From the NCBI GenBank assembly GCA_963805625.1, contig CAWDVE010000010.1, positions 768,001-832,000 of the forward strand: DNA of 64,000 bases, given 5' to 3'. Within the stretch, counting starts at the first letter, position 1; each line of letters starts with the position of its first letter. Positions 27,048 through 35,060 of the stretch are shown piece after piece. Source of the stretch: an uncultured Candidatus Rokubacteria bacterium. Lineage in GTDB: Bacteria > Methylomirabilota > Methylomirabilia > Rokubacteriales > DASRDR01. The position numbers and the translations under genes were made by a program. The notes under the pieces are model-generated. The model saw only the letters and a list, made by a program, of their open reading frames with translations. It made no database searches and had not been told where the DNA came from.

Positions 27048-28048
27048 GCGTCCTCCGCCTCGAAGAACTCTCGGCACCGGCGCTCGACGCGCTCGATCGA
27101 AGCCGGACGCTCGCGGTGGTCGGGGTGAGCCCTCTCGAGCAGCACGGCCCGCACCTGCCCGTCGGCGTCGATTACCTCGTCGCCCGCCACTTCGCCGGGG
27201 CGATCGCCGAGCGCCTCGTCGCGCGGCGGCCCGGGTGGACGGTCCTCCTCACGCCGACCCTCCCGCTGGGTAGCTTCACCTTCGAGGCGGTGGGAACGAT
27301 CGGGGTGCGCCAGCGGGTCGTCCGCGACGCGGTCGTCGACTACGGGCGGGCGCTCGCCCGGGCCGGGTTCCGGTACATCCTGGTGTCGAACGGGCACGCC
27401 GGCCCCGGCCACCTGGTCGCGCTGGAGGAAGCGGCGGCGATCGTGTCCCGCCGCCATCGCGTGGCGATGGCATCGTTCACGGGCCACATGGCGTGGGAGT
27501 TCTTCCGCGGGCGATACCTCGCACGCATCGAGGCGGCGCTGGGACGATCGCTCGCGCCCGACGAGCGGCGCGCCCTCGCCGACGACGCCCACGGCGGATG
27601 GTGGGAGACCTCGCTGATGCTCCTGCTGCGCCCGGAGCTCGTGGACGCTGGCTACCGCGACCTGCCGGCGACGCGCTATCCGCTGGCCCGCCGGGTCCGC
27701 CCCAACTACCCGCTACGGGGCAACGGTCAGGGCTACGTGGGCGACCCGGCGCGCGCCGACCTCGCGTTCGCGAAGGCGACCCTCGAGGTACTCGTGGCCG
27801 AGGCCACCGAGCTGGCCGAGGGGCTGCTCGACGGCCGGCTCGAGGCCCGCCATCTCCGCTCGCCGTTCCGGCTCGTCCCGTTCCTGCGGACCGACTTCTG
27901 GCCGGTCGCCGGCGCTCTCCTCGCGGCCGGCCTGGGGGGCCTCTGGCTCGCCCGGCCCGCCTGGCGTCGCCCGCGGATGGGCGCTCGCGCGAGGTCAGGG
28001 TCCCCTGGTCCGCCTTCTTCCTCCGAGAAAGGAGCTCCGCCTCGATGA
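27044..28048 (+). CDS. Creatininase-family amidohydrolase with a C-terminal hydrophobic anchor
   Basis: EQHGPHLP..D, NGHAG and DAHGGWWETS. ATGA overlaps on both sides. Confidence 0.85.
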   Translation: MSVLRLEELSAPALDALDRSRTLAVVGVSPLEQHGPHLPVGVDYLVARHFAGAIAERLVARRPGWTVLLTPTLPLGSFTFEAVGTIGVRQRVVRDAVVDYGRALARAGFRYILVSNGHAGPGHLVALEEAAAIVSRRHRVAMASFTGHMAWEFFRGRYLARIEAALGRSLAPDERRALADDAHGGWWETSLMLLLRPELVDAGYRDLPATRYPLARRVRPNYPLRGNGQGYVGDPARADLAFAKATLEVLVAEATELAEGLLDGRLEARHLRSPFRLVPFLRTDFWPVAGALLAAGLGGLWLARPAWRRPRMGARARSGSPGPPSSSEKGAPPR

Positions 28049-29121
28049 CCGACCGACCGCTCCTGGTCCCCGCCCCCACTCTCAAGGCCTTCATCGTCTC
28101 GGTCTTCGATCGCTGGGGTACGCCCCCTGCCATCGCCGATCTCGCGGCCGACCTGATGGTCCGGACCGATCTCCGCGGCGTGGACTCACACGGGGTGGGC
28201 ATGCTCCCGACGTACCTGAGGTGGTATCGCCGCGGCTGGATCGTGCCGGCCGCGGAGCCGAAGATCACCCGCGACGAGGGAACGACCGCGGTCGTGGACG
28301 GCCAGCAGGCGTTCGGGCACTACACCGCCACCCTGGCCATGGAGCTCGCCGTCGCCAAGGCGCGCGCCCACGGGGTGGGGTTCGTGACCTGCCGCAACTC
28401 GAACCACTACGGGGCGGCGGCCAACTACTCCATGATGGCCCTCGCCCACGACATGATCGGGCTGAGCCTGACCAACTCAGGGCCGGCCGTCGTCCCCACC
28501 TACGGGCGTCAGGCCATGCTGGGCACCAACCCCATCTCCCTCGCCGCGCCGGCGGGCCGCCACTTTCCCTTCGTCCTCGACATGGCAACCAGCACCGTGG
28601 CGATCGGGAAGCTGTCGGTGGCGCTCCGCTGGGGAAAGCCGATCCCGCCTGGATGGGCCCTCGACGAGGAAGGCCAGCCGACGACGGATCCCACCGTCGC
28701 GTACGAGATCCGGCACCTGACCCCGCTCGGCGCGACCCCGGAGCTCGGCGGGCACAAGGGATACGGCCTCGCCGTCATGGTCGACATCCTGTCGGGCGTG
28801 CTCGCCGGCGCGGCATTCGCGGACGTTCGCCGACGCGACCCCAACCCGGTCCGTCCCGACATCGGGCACTTCTTCGGCGCGATCGACATCGCCCGCTTCC
28901 GTGATCCGGATGCCTTCAAGGCCGACATGGATGACCTCCTCCAGACGCTGAAGGACTCGCCGAAGGCCGAGGGGCAAGACCGCATCTACGTCGCCGGCGA
29001 GCCGGAGTGGGAGTGCGAGGAACGTCGGCGCCGCGAGGGAATCCCGATCGCCCCCGGCCTCGTGACGCAGCTCCGCGAGATGTCGGCCGAGACGACAGTC
29101 CCGTTCACGCTCAGCACCTGA
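28045..29121 (+). CDS. Ldh_2 family (type 2 malate/L-lactate) dehydrogenase
   Basis: DLRGVDSHG, NSNHYG, GTNPI, LDMATS and GHKGYGL, with SD AAAGGAG. Confidence 0.92.
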   Translation: MTDRPLLVPAPTLKAFIVSVFDRWGTPPAIADLAADLMVRTDLRGVDSHGVGMLPTYLRWYRRGWIVPAAEPKITRDEGTTAVVDGQQAFGHYTATLAMELAVAKARAHGVGFVTCRNSNHYGAAANYSMMALAHDMIGLSLTNSGPAVVPTYGRQAMLGTNPISLAAPAGRHFPFVLDMATSTVAIGKLSVALRWGKPIPPGWALDEEGQPTTDPTVAYEIRHLTPLGATPELGGHKGYGLAVMVDILSGVLAGAAFADVRRRDPNPVRPDIGHFFGAIDIARFRDPDAFKADMDDLLQTLKDSPKAEGQDRIYVAGEPEWECEERRRREGIPIAPGLVTQLREMSAETTVPFTLST

Positions 29122-29131
29122 GGAGGAGCGG

Positions 29132-30124
29132 ATGCCCCAGTTCGCCTACTTCTGCGGTCACGAGCAGTTCCAGCCCGAAGTCCTCCTCGAGCACGCCGTC
29201 CTCGCGGAATCGATGGGCTTCGACGCCCTGACCGTCTCCGATCACTTCCACCCCTGGGTCGACGACGCCTCGGCGTGCGGGTTCGCGTGGACGTGGCTCG
29301 GCGCCCTGGCGGCGCGCACGCGGCGGGTCCGCATCGCGACGGCCGTCACGTGCCCGCTGTTCCACTACCACCCGGGACTCATTGCGCAGGCGGCAGCGAC
29401 TGTCGACCGGCTGTCGGCCGGCCGGTTCGCCCTCGGCGTCGGCACCGGTGAAGGCATCAACGAGCGGCCCCTCGGCTTTCCGTTCCCAGGGTACAAGGAG
29501 CGCGCCGCCCGGATGACCGAGGCGATCGCCATCATGCGGGGTCTCCTGGCGGGCGAGAAGCTCGACTTCGCCGGTACTTACTACCGGACCGACAAGGCCC
29601 GCCTCTACAGCCCGCCGGTCGGCCGGGTTCCCATCTGGATGTCGGCCGGTGGCCCGCAGTCCGCCACGCTCGCCGGCCGAATCGCCGACGGGCTCATCCT
29701 GAGCGTCAAGGTTCCTGCCGAGGCTCGCGAGCAGATCATCGACCCGTTCCGTGCGGCCGCGCGGGAAGCCGGCCACCCCGCGCCAACCCTGGTGGCGCAG
29801 CGCTGGTCGATTCTCGCCGCGGACGAGGACGAGGCGTGGGAAGCCCTCCAGGCCTGGCGCGGGCTCCGCGTGGAAGGCCGTCTGGAGGAGGTCGACCCCG
29901 CCGTGCTGCGGGCTCGCGCCGACGCCATGAACCGACGCGAGATCATCGGAAAGTACGCGTGGGCACGCCGGCCCGAGGATCTCGTCGAGATCTATCGGCC
30001 GCTCGTCGAGGTCGGTGCGGACATCGTCACCATCCAGGTGACCTCCGTCAACCAGCCCAAGACGATCGAGGCGCTCAGTCGAGAGGTCCTTCCGGCATTA
30101 CGTGCCATGGGGGCACGGTCATAA
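29132..30124 (+). CDS. F420-dependent LLM oxidoreductase, Fgd/G6PDH-like family
   Basis: HEQF.P, SDHFHPW, WTWLGA, AVTCP and LGVGTGE..NE. Confidence 0.88.
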   Translation: MPQFAYFCGHEQFQPEVLLEHAVLAESMGFDALTVSDHFHPWVDDASACGFAWTWLGALAARTRRVRIATAVTCPLFHYHPGLIAQAAATVDRLSAGRFALGVGTGEGINERPLGFPFPGYKERAARMTEAIAIMRGLLAGEKLDFAGTYYRTDKARLYSPPVGRVPIWMSAGGPQSATLAGRIADGLILSVKVPAEAREQIIDPFRAAAREAGHPAPTLVAQRWSILAADEDEAWEALQAWRGLRVEGRLEEVDPAVLRARADAMNRREIIGKYAWARRPEDLVEIYRPLVEVGADIVTIQVTSVNQPKTIEALSREVLPALRAMGARS

Positions 30125-30459
30125 AGCTCGCGTTCGTCCTGGCCGCCGTGCTCGCGCTCGCGGGATGCGTTGCGGTCGAGACATCCAGACCGACCTGACC
30201 CCGCTCAACCTCCGAGGCGGGGGCGAGCCGAAGGCCGATGACCCCATCTACGTGCACGATCACGTCCGCGCGCGCCCGGTCCGTCTCTCCGACGGGCAGA
30301 TCCTCTGGCAGGCCGTGTGGCCTCAGGGGCTACCCGGGGGACGAGGCGGCCAAGCTGTCGGACCTCGTGGCCGCCGGGGGCGTGCTCCGGCAGAAGCTCG
30401 CGGTTGCCGCAGAGCGATGCTCGGACGAGCTCGTGGAGTTCTTCCAGGGCGCGGACTGA
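30121..30459 (+). pseudogene. Probable decayed lipoprotein gene
   Basis: ATA-KLAFVLAAVLALAG-C looks like a signal/lipobox without an ATG. Protein-like segments follow in other frames and end AAERCSDELVEFFQGAD*. Confidence 0.4.
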
Positions 30460-30507
30460 GCCGCAGACTTCCGATTCCCGCTGCGCCTTCCCTGGCGCGG
30501 CACGCGC

Positions 30508-30936
30508 CTACCGTCCGCGCGCGACTCCGACCGCAAGGAAGAGCACGACGAGGACGAGCAGAAGGACGACCCGATCGAGCGCCCGCACGCCCGACAGGGC
30601 CGCAGCAGGCTCCGTGCCCGCCTCGACCGCGCGAACGGCGCGCGGCAGCACGGCGAAGTCCCGGTGCGCCGCGAGGGCCAGCAGCGCGAGGACGACCACG
30701 AGCTTGGCCGCCAACCATGGGCTGACCAGCGGCACGCGCCGGAGGTTCTCGAGGCCCGTCACGACGAGGATGGCGAGGGCTGCCCAGGCCTCGACGCGGC
30801 CCCGTACCAGCAAGGCGAGGCCATCGCGAGCACCGCGCGAGACCGCCGGCAGGACGAGGTGGCTCGCGTAGAGCGCTCCCCCGGCCCAGGCCACGGCAGC
30901 CACGACGTGCAGCCAGACGACGACCAGCCGAAGCAT
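30508..30936 (-). CDS. CopD-like/DUF2269-like membrane protein
   Basis: WLHVVAAVAWAGG, LVVTG and KLVVV, with 4 TM segments. Confidence 0.65.
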   Translation of the reverse strand: MLRLVVVWLHVVAAVAWAGGALYASHLVLPAVSRGARDGLALLVRGRVEAWAALAILVVTGLENLRRVPLVSPWLAAKLVVVLALLALAAHRDFAVLPRAVRAVEAGTEPAAALSGVRALDRVVLLLVLVVLFLAVGVARGR

Positions 30937-30943
30937 CGGGGGC

Positions 30944-31633
30944 CTACCGCGCGAGCATCGCCGCCAGCGCGGACTCCTGATCCGAGAAGTCGACGAACAC
31001 GTGATCGGGCCGGTGGGCGGCCAGATCCTCAAGGGTGTGCCAGCCGGTCGCCACCGCGATCGCCATCGCCCCGAACGCCCGCGCGCACCCGATGTCCCGC
31101 GGCGTGTCGCCGATGATCACCGTGTCCGGCCCGCGGAACGCCCGGCCCACGAGCCGCTCGGCCCGCCCGGCCGCCACCTGCGGGAGCCGGGTGCGGTCGG
31201 CATCGTCGGACCCGTACGCGCCCAGCCGAAAGTGCGGCCACAGACCGGTGGGGCGTAGCTTGATCCGGGCCCCGGCCTCGATGTTGCCGGTGAGGAGTCC
31301 GACCACCACGTCGTCGCGCGCGGCCAGGGTCTCCACCAGCGCGCGAACCCCGGGGTAGACGCTCACCCCGCGCCCGTCTCCGATCTCCGTCTCGAGCAAC
31401 GCTTCGTAGCGACGGTATGCCGCCGTCTCGCCGGCGGCGATCGCCGACTCGCCCATGCCCGCGCGCCCGAGGAGGTCGCGGATGATCTGCGGGTCGGTTC
31501 CGCCCCGGAAGTCGTAGCCATCGATCGGGCCCGCCGTGCCGTACACATCCCGCAGGGCCTGGTCGAGCGCCCGCCGCCCCGCCCCGCTCGCGGTCAGAAG
31601 GGTGCCGTCGATGTCGAACAGGACGAGCTTCAC
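30944..31633 (-). CDS. HAD-family phosphatase (phosphoglycolate phosphatase-like)
   Basis: LFDIDGTL, LLTGN, IGDTPRD and VATG. Confidence 0.9.
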   Translation of the reverse strand: MKLVLFDIDGTLLTASGAGRRALDQALRDVYGTAGPIDGYDFRGGTDPQIIRDLLGRAGMGESAIAAGETAAYRRYEALLETEIGDGRGVSVYPGVRALVETLAARDDVVVGLLTGNIEAGARIKLRPTGLWPHFRLGAYGSDDADRTRLPQVAAGRAERLVGRAFRGPDTVIIGDTPRDIGCARAFGAMAIAVATGWHTLEDLAAHRPDHVFVDFSDQESALAAMLAR

Positions 31634-31652
31634 GGACGCGGCAGTTCCGGGG

Positions 31653-32822
31653 TCACGCGAAGGGAGACACCGCTCGAAGCCGCTCCACGATGGGCGGAAG
31701 ATCCGACAGGACCACGTCGATCTCATCGGGGGTCGTCCAGCGCCCGAGGGTGAAGGCGAGGGCGCCCTGCGCCTCGCGCTCGCCGAGACCCATGGCCTGC
31801 AGCACGTGCGAGGGCTCTCCGGTCAGAGCCCCGCACGCCGTGCCGGACGCCGCGGAGATACCAGCTAGATCGAGGGCCAGCACGAGGCTCTCGCCCTTCA
31901 CGTTCGAGACGGCGAACCCCGCGTGCTGAGGGAGGCGGTCCCGGCGGGGCCCCACGAGCCGCAAGGAGGGGCACCGGACCTCCAGGCCGTCGACCAGCCG
32001 ATCGCGAAGCACTTCGAGACGCGCCGCCTCTCCTGGGCCCTCCCGGAAGGCGAACTCGGCGGCCACGCCAAGTCCCACCGCACCCGCGAGGTTCTCGGTA
32101 CCCGAGCGCAGGCCGCCCTCCTGCCCCCCGCCCACGAGCTGCGGGGCAAGACGAAGCCCAGGCCGGACCCACAGCGCGCCGACACCCGGGGGCCCGTAGA
32201 GATCGTTCGCACTGACGGTGAGGAGATCGATGCCATCGCTCTCCACCGCGATGGGGAGTCGCCCGACCACACCCACGGCGTCCACATGGAGCGGCACGCG
32301 CGCCTCGCGGGTGACGGCCGCGATGGCTCGCCAGGGCTGCACCGTTCCCGCCTCGCCGTTGGCCGCTCCTAAGGCGACGAGGCACGTGTCAGGCCGCAAG
32401 GCCCGACGCACGTCGTCGGGAGAGACCCGGCCTTCGGCATCGACCGCCACGGCCGTGACCTCGAGCCCCGCCTTGATGAGATCCCGGCAGGGGGCGAGGA
32501 CCGAGGTGTGCTCGACGGCGCTCGTCACAATGTGGCGTCCCGGGCCCCGCAAGGCCACTCCCTTGATGGCCAGGTTGTTGGCTTCGGTCGCCCCACTCAG
32601 GAAGACCACGCCGTCGGGGCGCCCACCGACCAGGCGACCCACCTTCGTACGGGCCGCGCGGAGCGACTCCCGCGCCTCCTCCCCCAGGCTGTGGCGGGCA
32701 GCGGGGTTACCCACCCAGCCCTCCAGGAAGGGCCGCATCACGCCCAGCACCCGAGGGTCCACTGGGGCGAAGTCCGAGTAGTCGAGATAGGCCCGGCGGG
32801 CGGGACGGACCCCCCCGCCCAG
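31653..32822 (-). CDS. Atypical IscS/NifS-like protein (PLP Lys replaced by Asp); start codon uncertain
   Basis: YLDY, GNPAARH, SGATEANN, VEHTSV, RSGTEN and SGTAC. It has SANDLYGP where active enzymes have S.HK.YGP. Confidence 0.85.
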   Translation of the reverse strand: MGGGVRPARRAYLDYSDFAPVDPRVLGVMRPFLEGWVGNPAARHSLGEEARESLRAARTKVGRLVGGRPDGVVFLSGATEANNLAIKGVALRGPGRHIVTSAVEHTSVLAPCRDLIKAGLEVTAVAVDAEGRVSPDDVRRALRPDTCLVALGAANGEAGTVQPWRAIAAVTREARVPLHVDAVGVVGRLPIAVESDGIDLLTVSANDLYGPPGVGALWVRPGLRLAPQLVGGGQEGGLRSGTENLAGAVGLGVAAEFAFREGPGEAARLEVLRDRLVDGLEVRCPSLRLVGPRRDRLPQHAGFAVSNVKGESLVLALDLAGISAASGTACGALTGEPSHVLQAMGLGEREAQGALAFTLGRWTTPDEIDVVLSDLPPIVERLRAVSPFA

Positions 32823-32823
32823 C

Positions 32824-33081
32824 CTATCGGATCTTCCGGACCAGGAAATGGTAGACGGCGCCGTTCTTGGCGACCTCAAGGAGCTCATTCCCCGTACGGC
32901 GAACCCAGCTGCGCATGTCGGCATCGCTAGCCGGGTCGTCCGACAGCATCTCCAGGACCTGCCCAACTGTCATCTCGCGGAGGGCTTCCCGGGTCTTGAC
33001 GATGGGCATTGGGCAAAACAGCCCGAGGCAGTCCAGGGTCCGGTCGGCGGACAGAGGCTGGACATGGCTAGGAGTGCCCAC
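32824..33081 (-). CDS. tusA: TusA/SirA sulfurtransferase
   Basis: LDCLGLFCPMP and LEMLSDDPAS..D...W. Confidence 0.9.
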   Translation of the reverse strand: MGTPSHVQPLSADRTLDCLGLFCPMPIVKTREALREMTVGQVLEMLSDDPASDADMRSWVRRTGNELLEVAKNGAVYHFLVRKIR

Positions 33082-33089
33082 GCGAGGCC

Positions 33090-33119
33090 ACGCTACTGTA
33101 GGGTTGCGCAGTGTGTCAA
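33090..33119 (-). promoter_or_regulatory. Putative sigma70 promoter of tusA (possibly leaderless)
   Basis: TTGACA-N18-TAGCGT ending 8 nt before the GTG at 33081. Confidence 0.4.
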
Positions 33120-33183
33120 GGCCCCCTAGGCCCCCTTCGGCCCCTACAAATACCTTGACTCCCCGATCCCACCAGTGGAACCA

Positions 33184-33209
33184 TGTGGATCAAGCGTGAA
33201 TAGTCCACA
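33184..33209. promoter_or_regulatory. Inverted repeat TGTGGA-N14-TCCACA (candidate operator)
   Basis: Read directly, upstream of the HTH-REC gene in a divergent intergenic region. Confidence 0.4.
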
Positions 33210-33242
33210 ATAGACGCGAGATAGGAAACGGAGCCGAGGGAC

Positions 33243-33803
33243 ATGGAACCCGTTGAGCGGAAGGGCCGTGGTGCCGGCGAGATCCTGACCATCCGCGAGG
33301 TGGCCGGGTACCTCAAGCTGCCGGTGTCCACCGTCTACCGCCTGGCTGAACGGCGGGACCTCCCTGGACACAAGGTCGGGCGCCAGTGGCGGTTCCACAA
33401 GTCGGTGCTCGACGACTGGTTCCGAGAGCACGCGGCCACCAGCCGGTCCACCGTTCTGATCGTGGACGACGAGGAGGCCATCCGGGAGCTCATGGTCACG
33501 GCCCTCGCCTCCAAAACCCGGGACGTCCTCACTGCGGGCAGCGGCGACGAGGCCCTGGAAATCGTGAAGCGGACCGATGTCGACCTCGTCCTCCTGGACC
33601 TCTCCATGCCTGGCATGAACGGCGTCGACACCTTCCGGGAGCTCCACACGCTGCGCCCGGCCTTGCCAGTGATGATCGTGACCGCCTACCCCGACTCGGA
33701 CCTCATGGCCAAGGCGCTCGAGATCGGCCCGTTCTCGATGATCTCGAAGCCGGTGGACCTCCTGCAGATCCAGAAGACGGTCGATCGCATCGTCGGCAGC
33801 TGA
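33243..33803 (+). CDS. Excisionase-type HTH (HTH_17) fused to a C-terminal receiver domain
   Basis: LTIREVAGYLKL..STVYRL..LPGHKVGRQWRF, then VLIVDD, LLDLSMP and SKP. Confidence 0.9.
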   Translation: MEPVERKGRGAGEILTIREVAGYLKLPVSTVYRLAERRDLPGHKVGRQWRFHKSVLDDWFREHAATSRSTVLIVDDEEAIRELMVTALASKTRDVLTAGSGDEALEIVKRTDVDLVLLDLSMPGMNGVDTFRELHTLRPALPVMIVTAYPDSDLMAKALEIGPFSMISKPVDLLQIQKTVDRIVGS

Positions 33804-33920
33804 TTCCGTCGGCTTGACCCCGCCGACCCCCCCTGTTATCACAGTAGCGCGGCGGCCCTCTCTCGACCCCGCACCCCTGTCCGGCAGAAGCCGGACGCTC
33901 ATCTCGAGAAAGGCGGTGGC

Positions 33921-35060
33921 ATGTCTGGAACCGAGAGTGGGTTGATCCGAGGCCTCGAGGGTGTCGTCGCGGCCACCACCCGGCTGTGCGACCTGGACGG
34001 CGTCAACGGGCGCCTGACCTACCAGGGATACGCCATCGAGAACCTCGCGCGGCACGCCTCCTTCGAGGAGGTCACGTGGCTCCTCTGGCACGGCGAGCTC
34101 CCCGGCGAGGCTGACCTCGCGGCCTTCCGCAAGGACCTGATCGAAGCTGCGCCGCTCCCGCCCGAGGTCGTGAAGGTGCTGAAGCTCCTGCCGAAGACGA
34201 TGCATCCGATGCGCGTGCTCCAGATGGGGGTCGCTCTCTTGGGCGGCCTCGACCCTGACGCGGAAGACAACTCCCCCGAAGCGAACCGGCGCAAGGCGAC
34301 TCGGCTCGTGGCTCGCGTGTCGTCCCTGACCACGGCCTTCCACCGGATCCGGATCGGCCGCCGGCCCATTGCGCCTCGCGCGGATCTCTCGCATGCTGCC
34401 AATTTCCTCTACATGCTGTCGGGCCGGAAGCCGCGCGTCGTTCCGGTGCGAGCCTTCGACGCCGCTCTCGTCCTCTACGCGGAGCACGAGCTGAACGCGT
34501 CGACCTTCACCGCCCGGGTGGTCGCGTCCACGCTCTCGGACGCGCATTCGGCGGTGTCGGCCGCGATCGGGGCGCTCAAGGGCTCGCTCCACGGCGGAGC
34601 GGGCGAGGCGGTGATGCGCACGCTGGAGGAGATCGGCCAGCCAGACAACGCGGATACCTTCACCCGCCGTGCCCTCGCCGAGAAGCGGCGGCTAATGGGC
34701 TTCGGCCACCGCGTCTACAAGGCCGGCGATCCGCGGGCCAAGATCCTGCGCACGCTGGCCGCGAAGGCCTGCAGGAACTCGTCCGAAGCGGTGTGGTATG
34801 AGACGGCGATCAAGCTTCACGAGGCGGTCAACCGGGAGAAGGGTCTGATACCAAATGTCGACTTCTACTCGGCCCCGCTCTTCAAGGCGCTCGGAATCCC
34901 GGTCGACCTGTTCGTCCCGGTGATCGCCGTCTCCCGGATCGCCGGCTGGACGGCGAACCTCCTGGAGCAGTACCAGGACAATCGCCTCATCCGCCCGCGT
35001 GCGGACTACGTGGGACCCGGCCCACGCGAGTTCCGACCGAGTTCCGTTCGGGGCGCCTGA
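33921..35060 (+). CDS. Citrate / 2-methylcitrate synthase
   Basis: GLEGVVA, YAEHELNASTF, LHGGA, MGFGHRVYK..DPR and PNVDFY. Confidence 0.93.
   Translation: MSGTESGLIRGLEGVVAATTRLCDLDGVNGRLTYQGYAIENLARHASFEEVTWLLWHGELPGEADLAAFRKDLIEAAPLPPEVVKVLKLLPKTMHPMRVLQMGVALLGGLDPDAEDNSPEANRRKATRLVARVSSLTTAFHRIRIGRRPIAPRADLSHAANFLYMLSGRKPRVVPVRAFDAALVLYAEHELNASTFTARVVASTLSDAHSAVSAAIGALKGSLHGGAGEAVMRTLEEIGQPDNADTFTRRALAEKRRLMGFGHRVYKAGDPRAKILRTLAAKACRNSSEAVWYETAIKLHEAVNREKGLIPNVDFYSAPLFKALGIPVDLFVPVIAVSRIAGWTANLLEQYQDNRLIRPRADYVGPGPREFRPSSVRGA

Noticed and set aside
27044-28048. Mycofactocin biosynthesis cluster (mftE)
   Set aside because: No MftA precursor, MftB or MftC radical SAM/SPASM gene is in the window. 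The two radical SAM genes present are CofG and CofH.
33184-33209. DnaA-box-like sequences suggesting oriC
   Set aside because: Only two imperfect boxes, no AT-rich unwinding element, and no dnaA/dnaN context.
33243-33430. Excisionase-like HTH as a sign of a prophage or ICE
   Set aside because: It is fused to a receiver domain, with no integrase, att site or phage genes.
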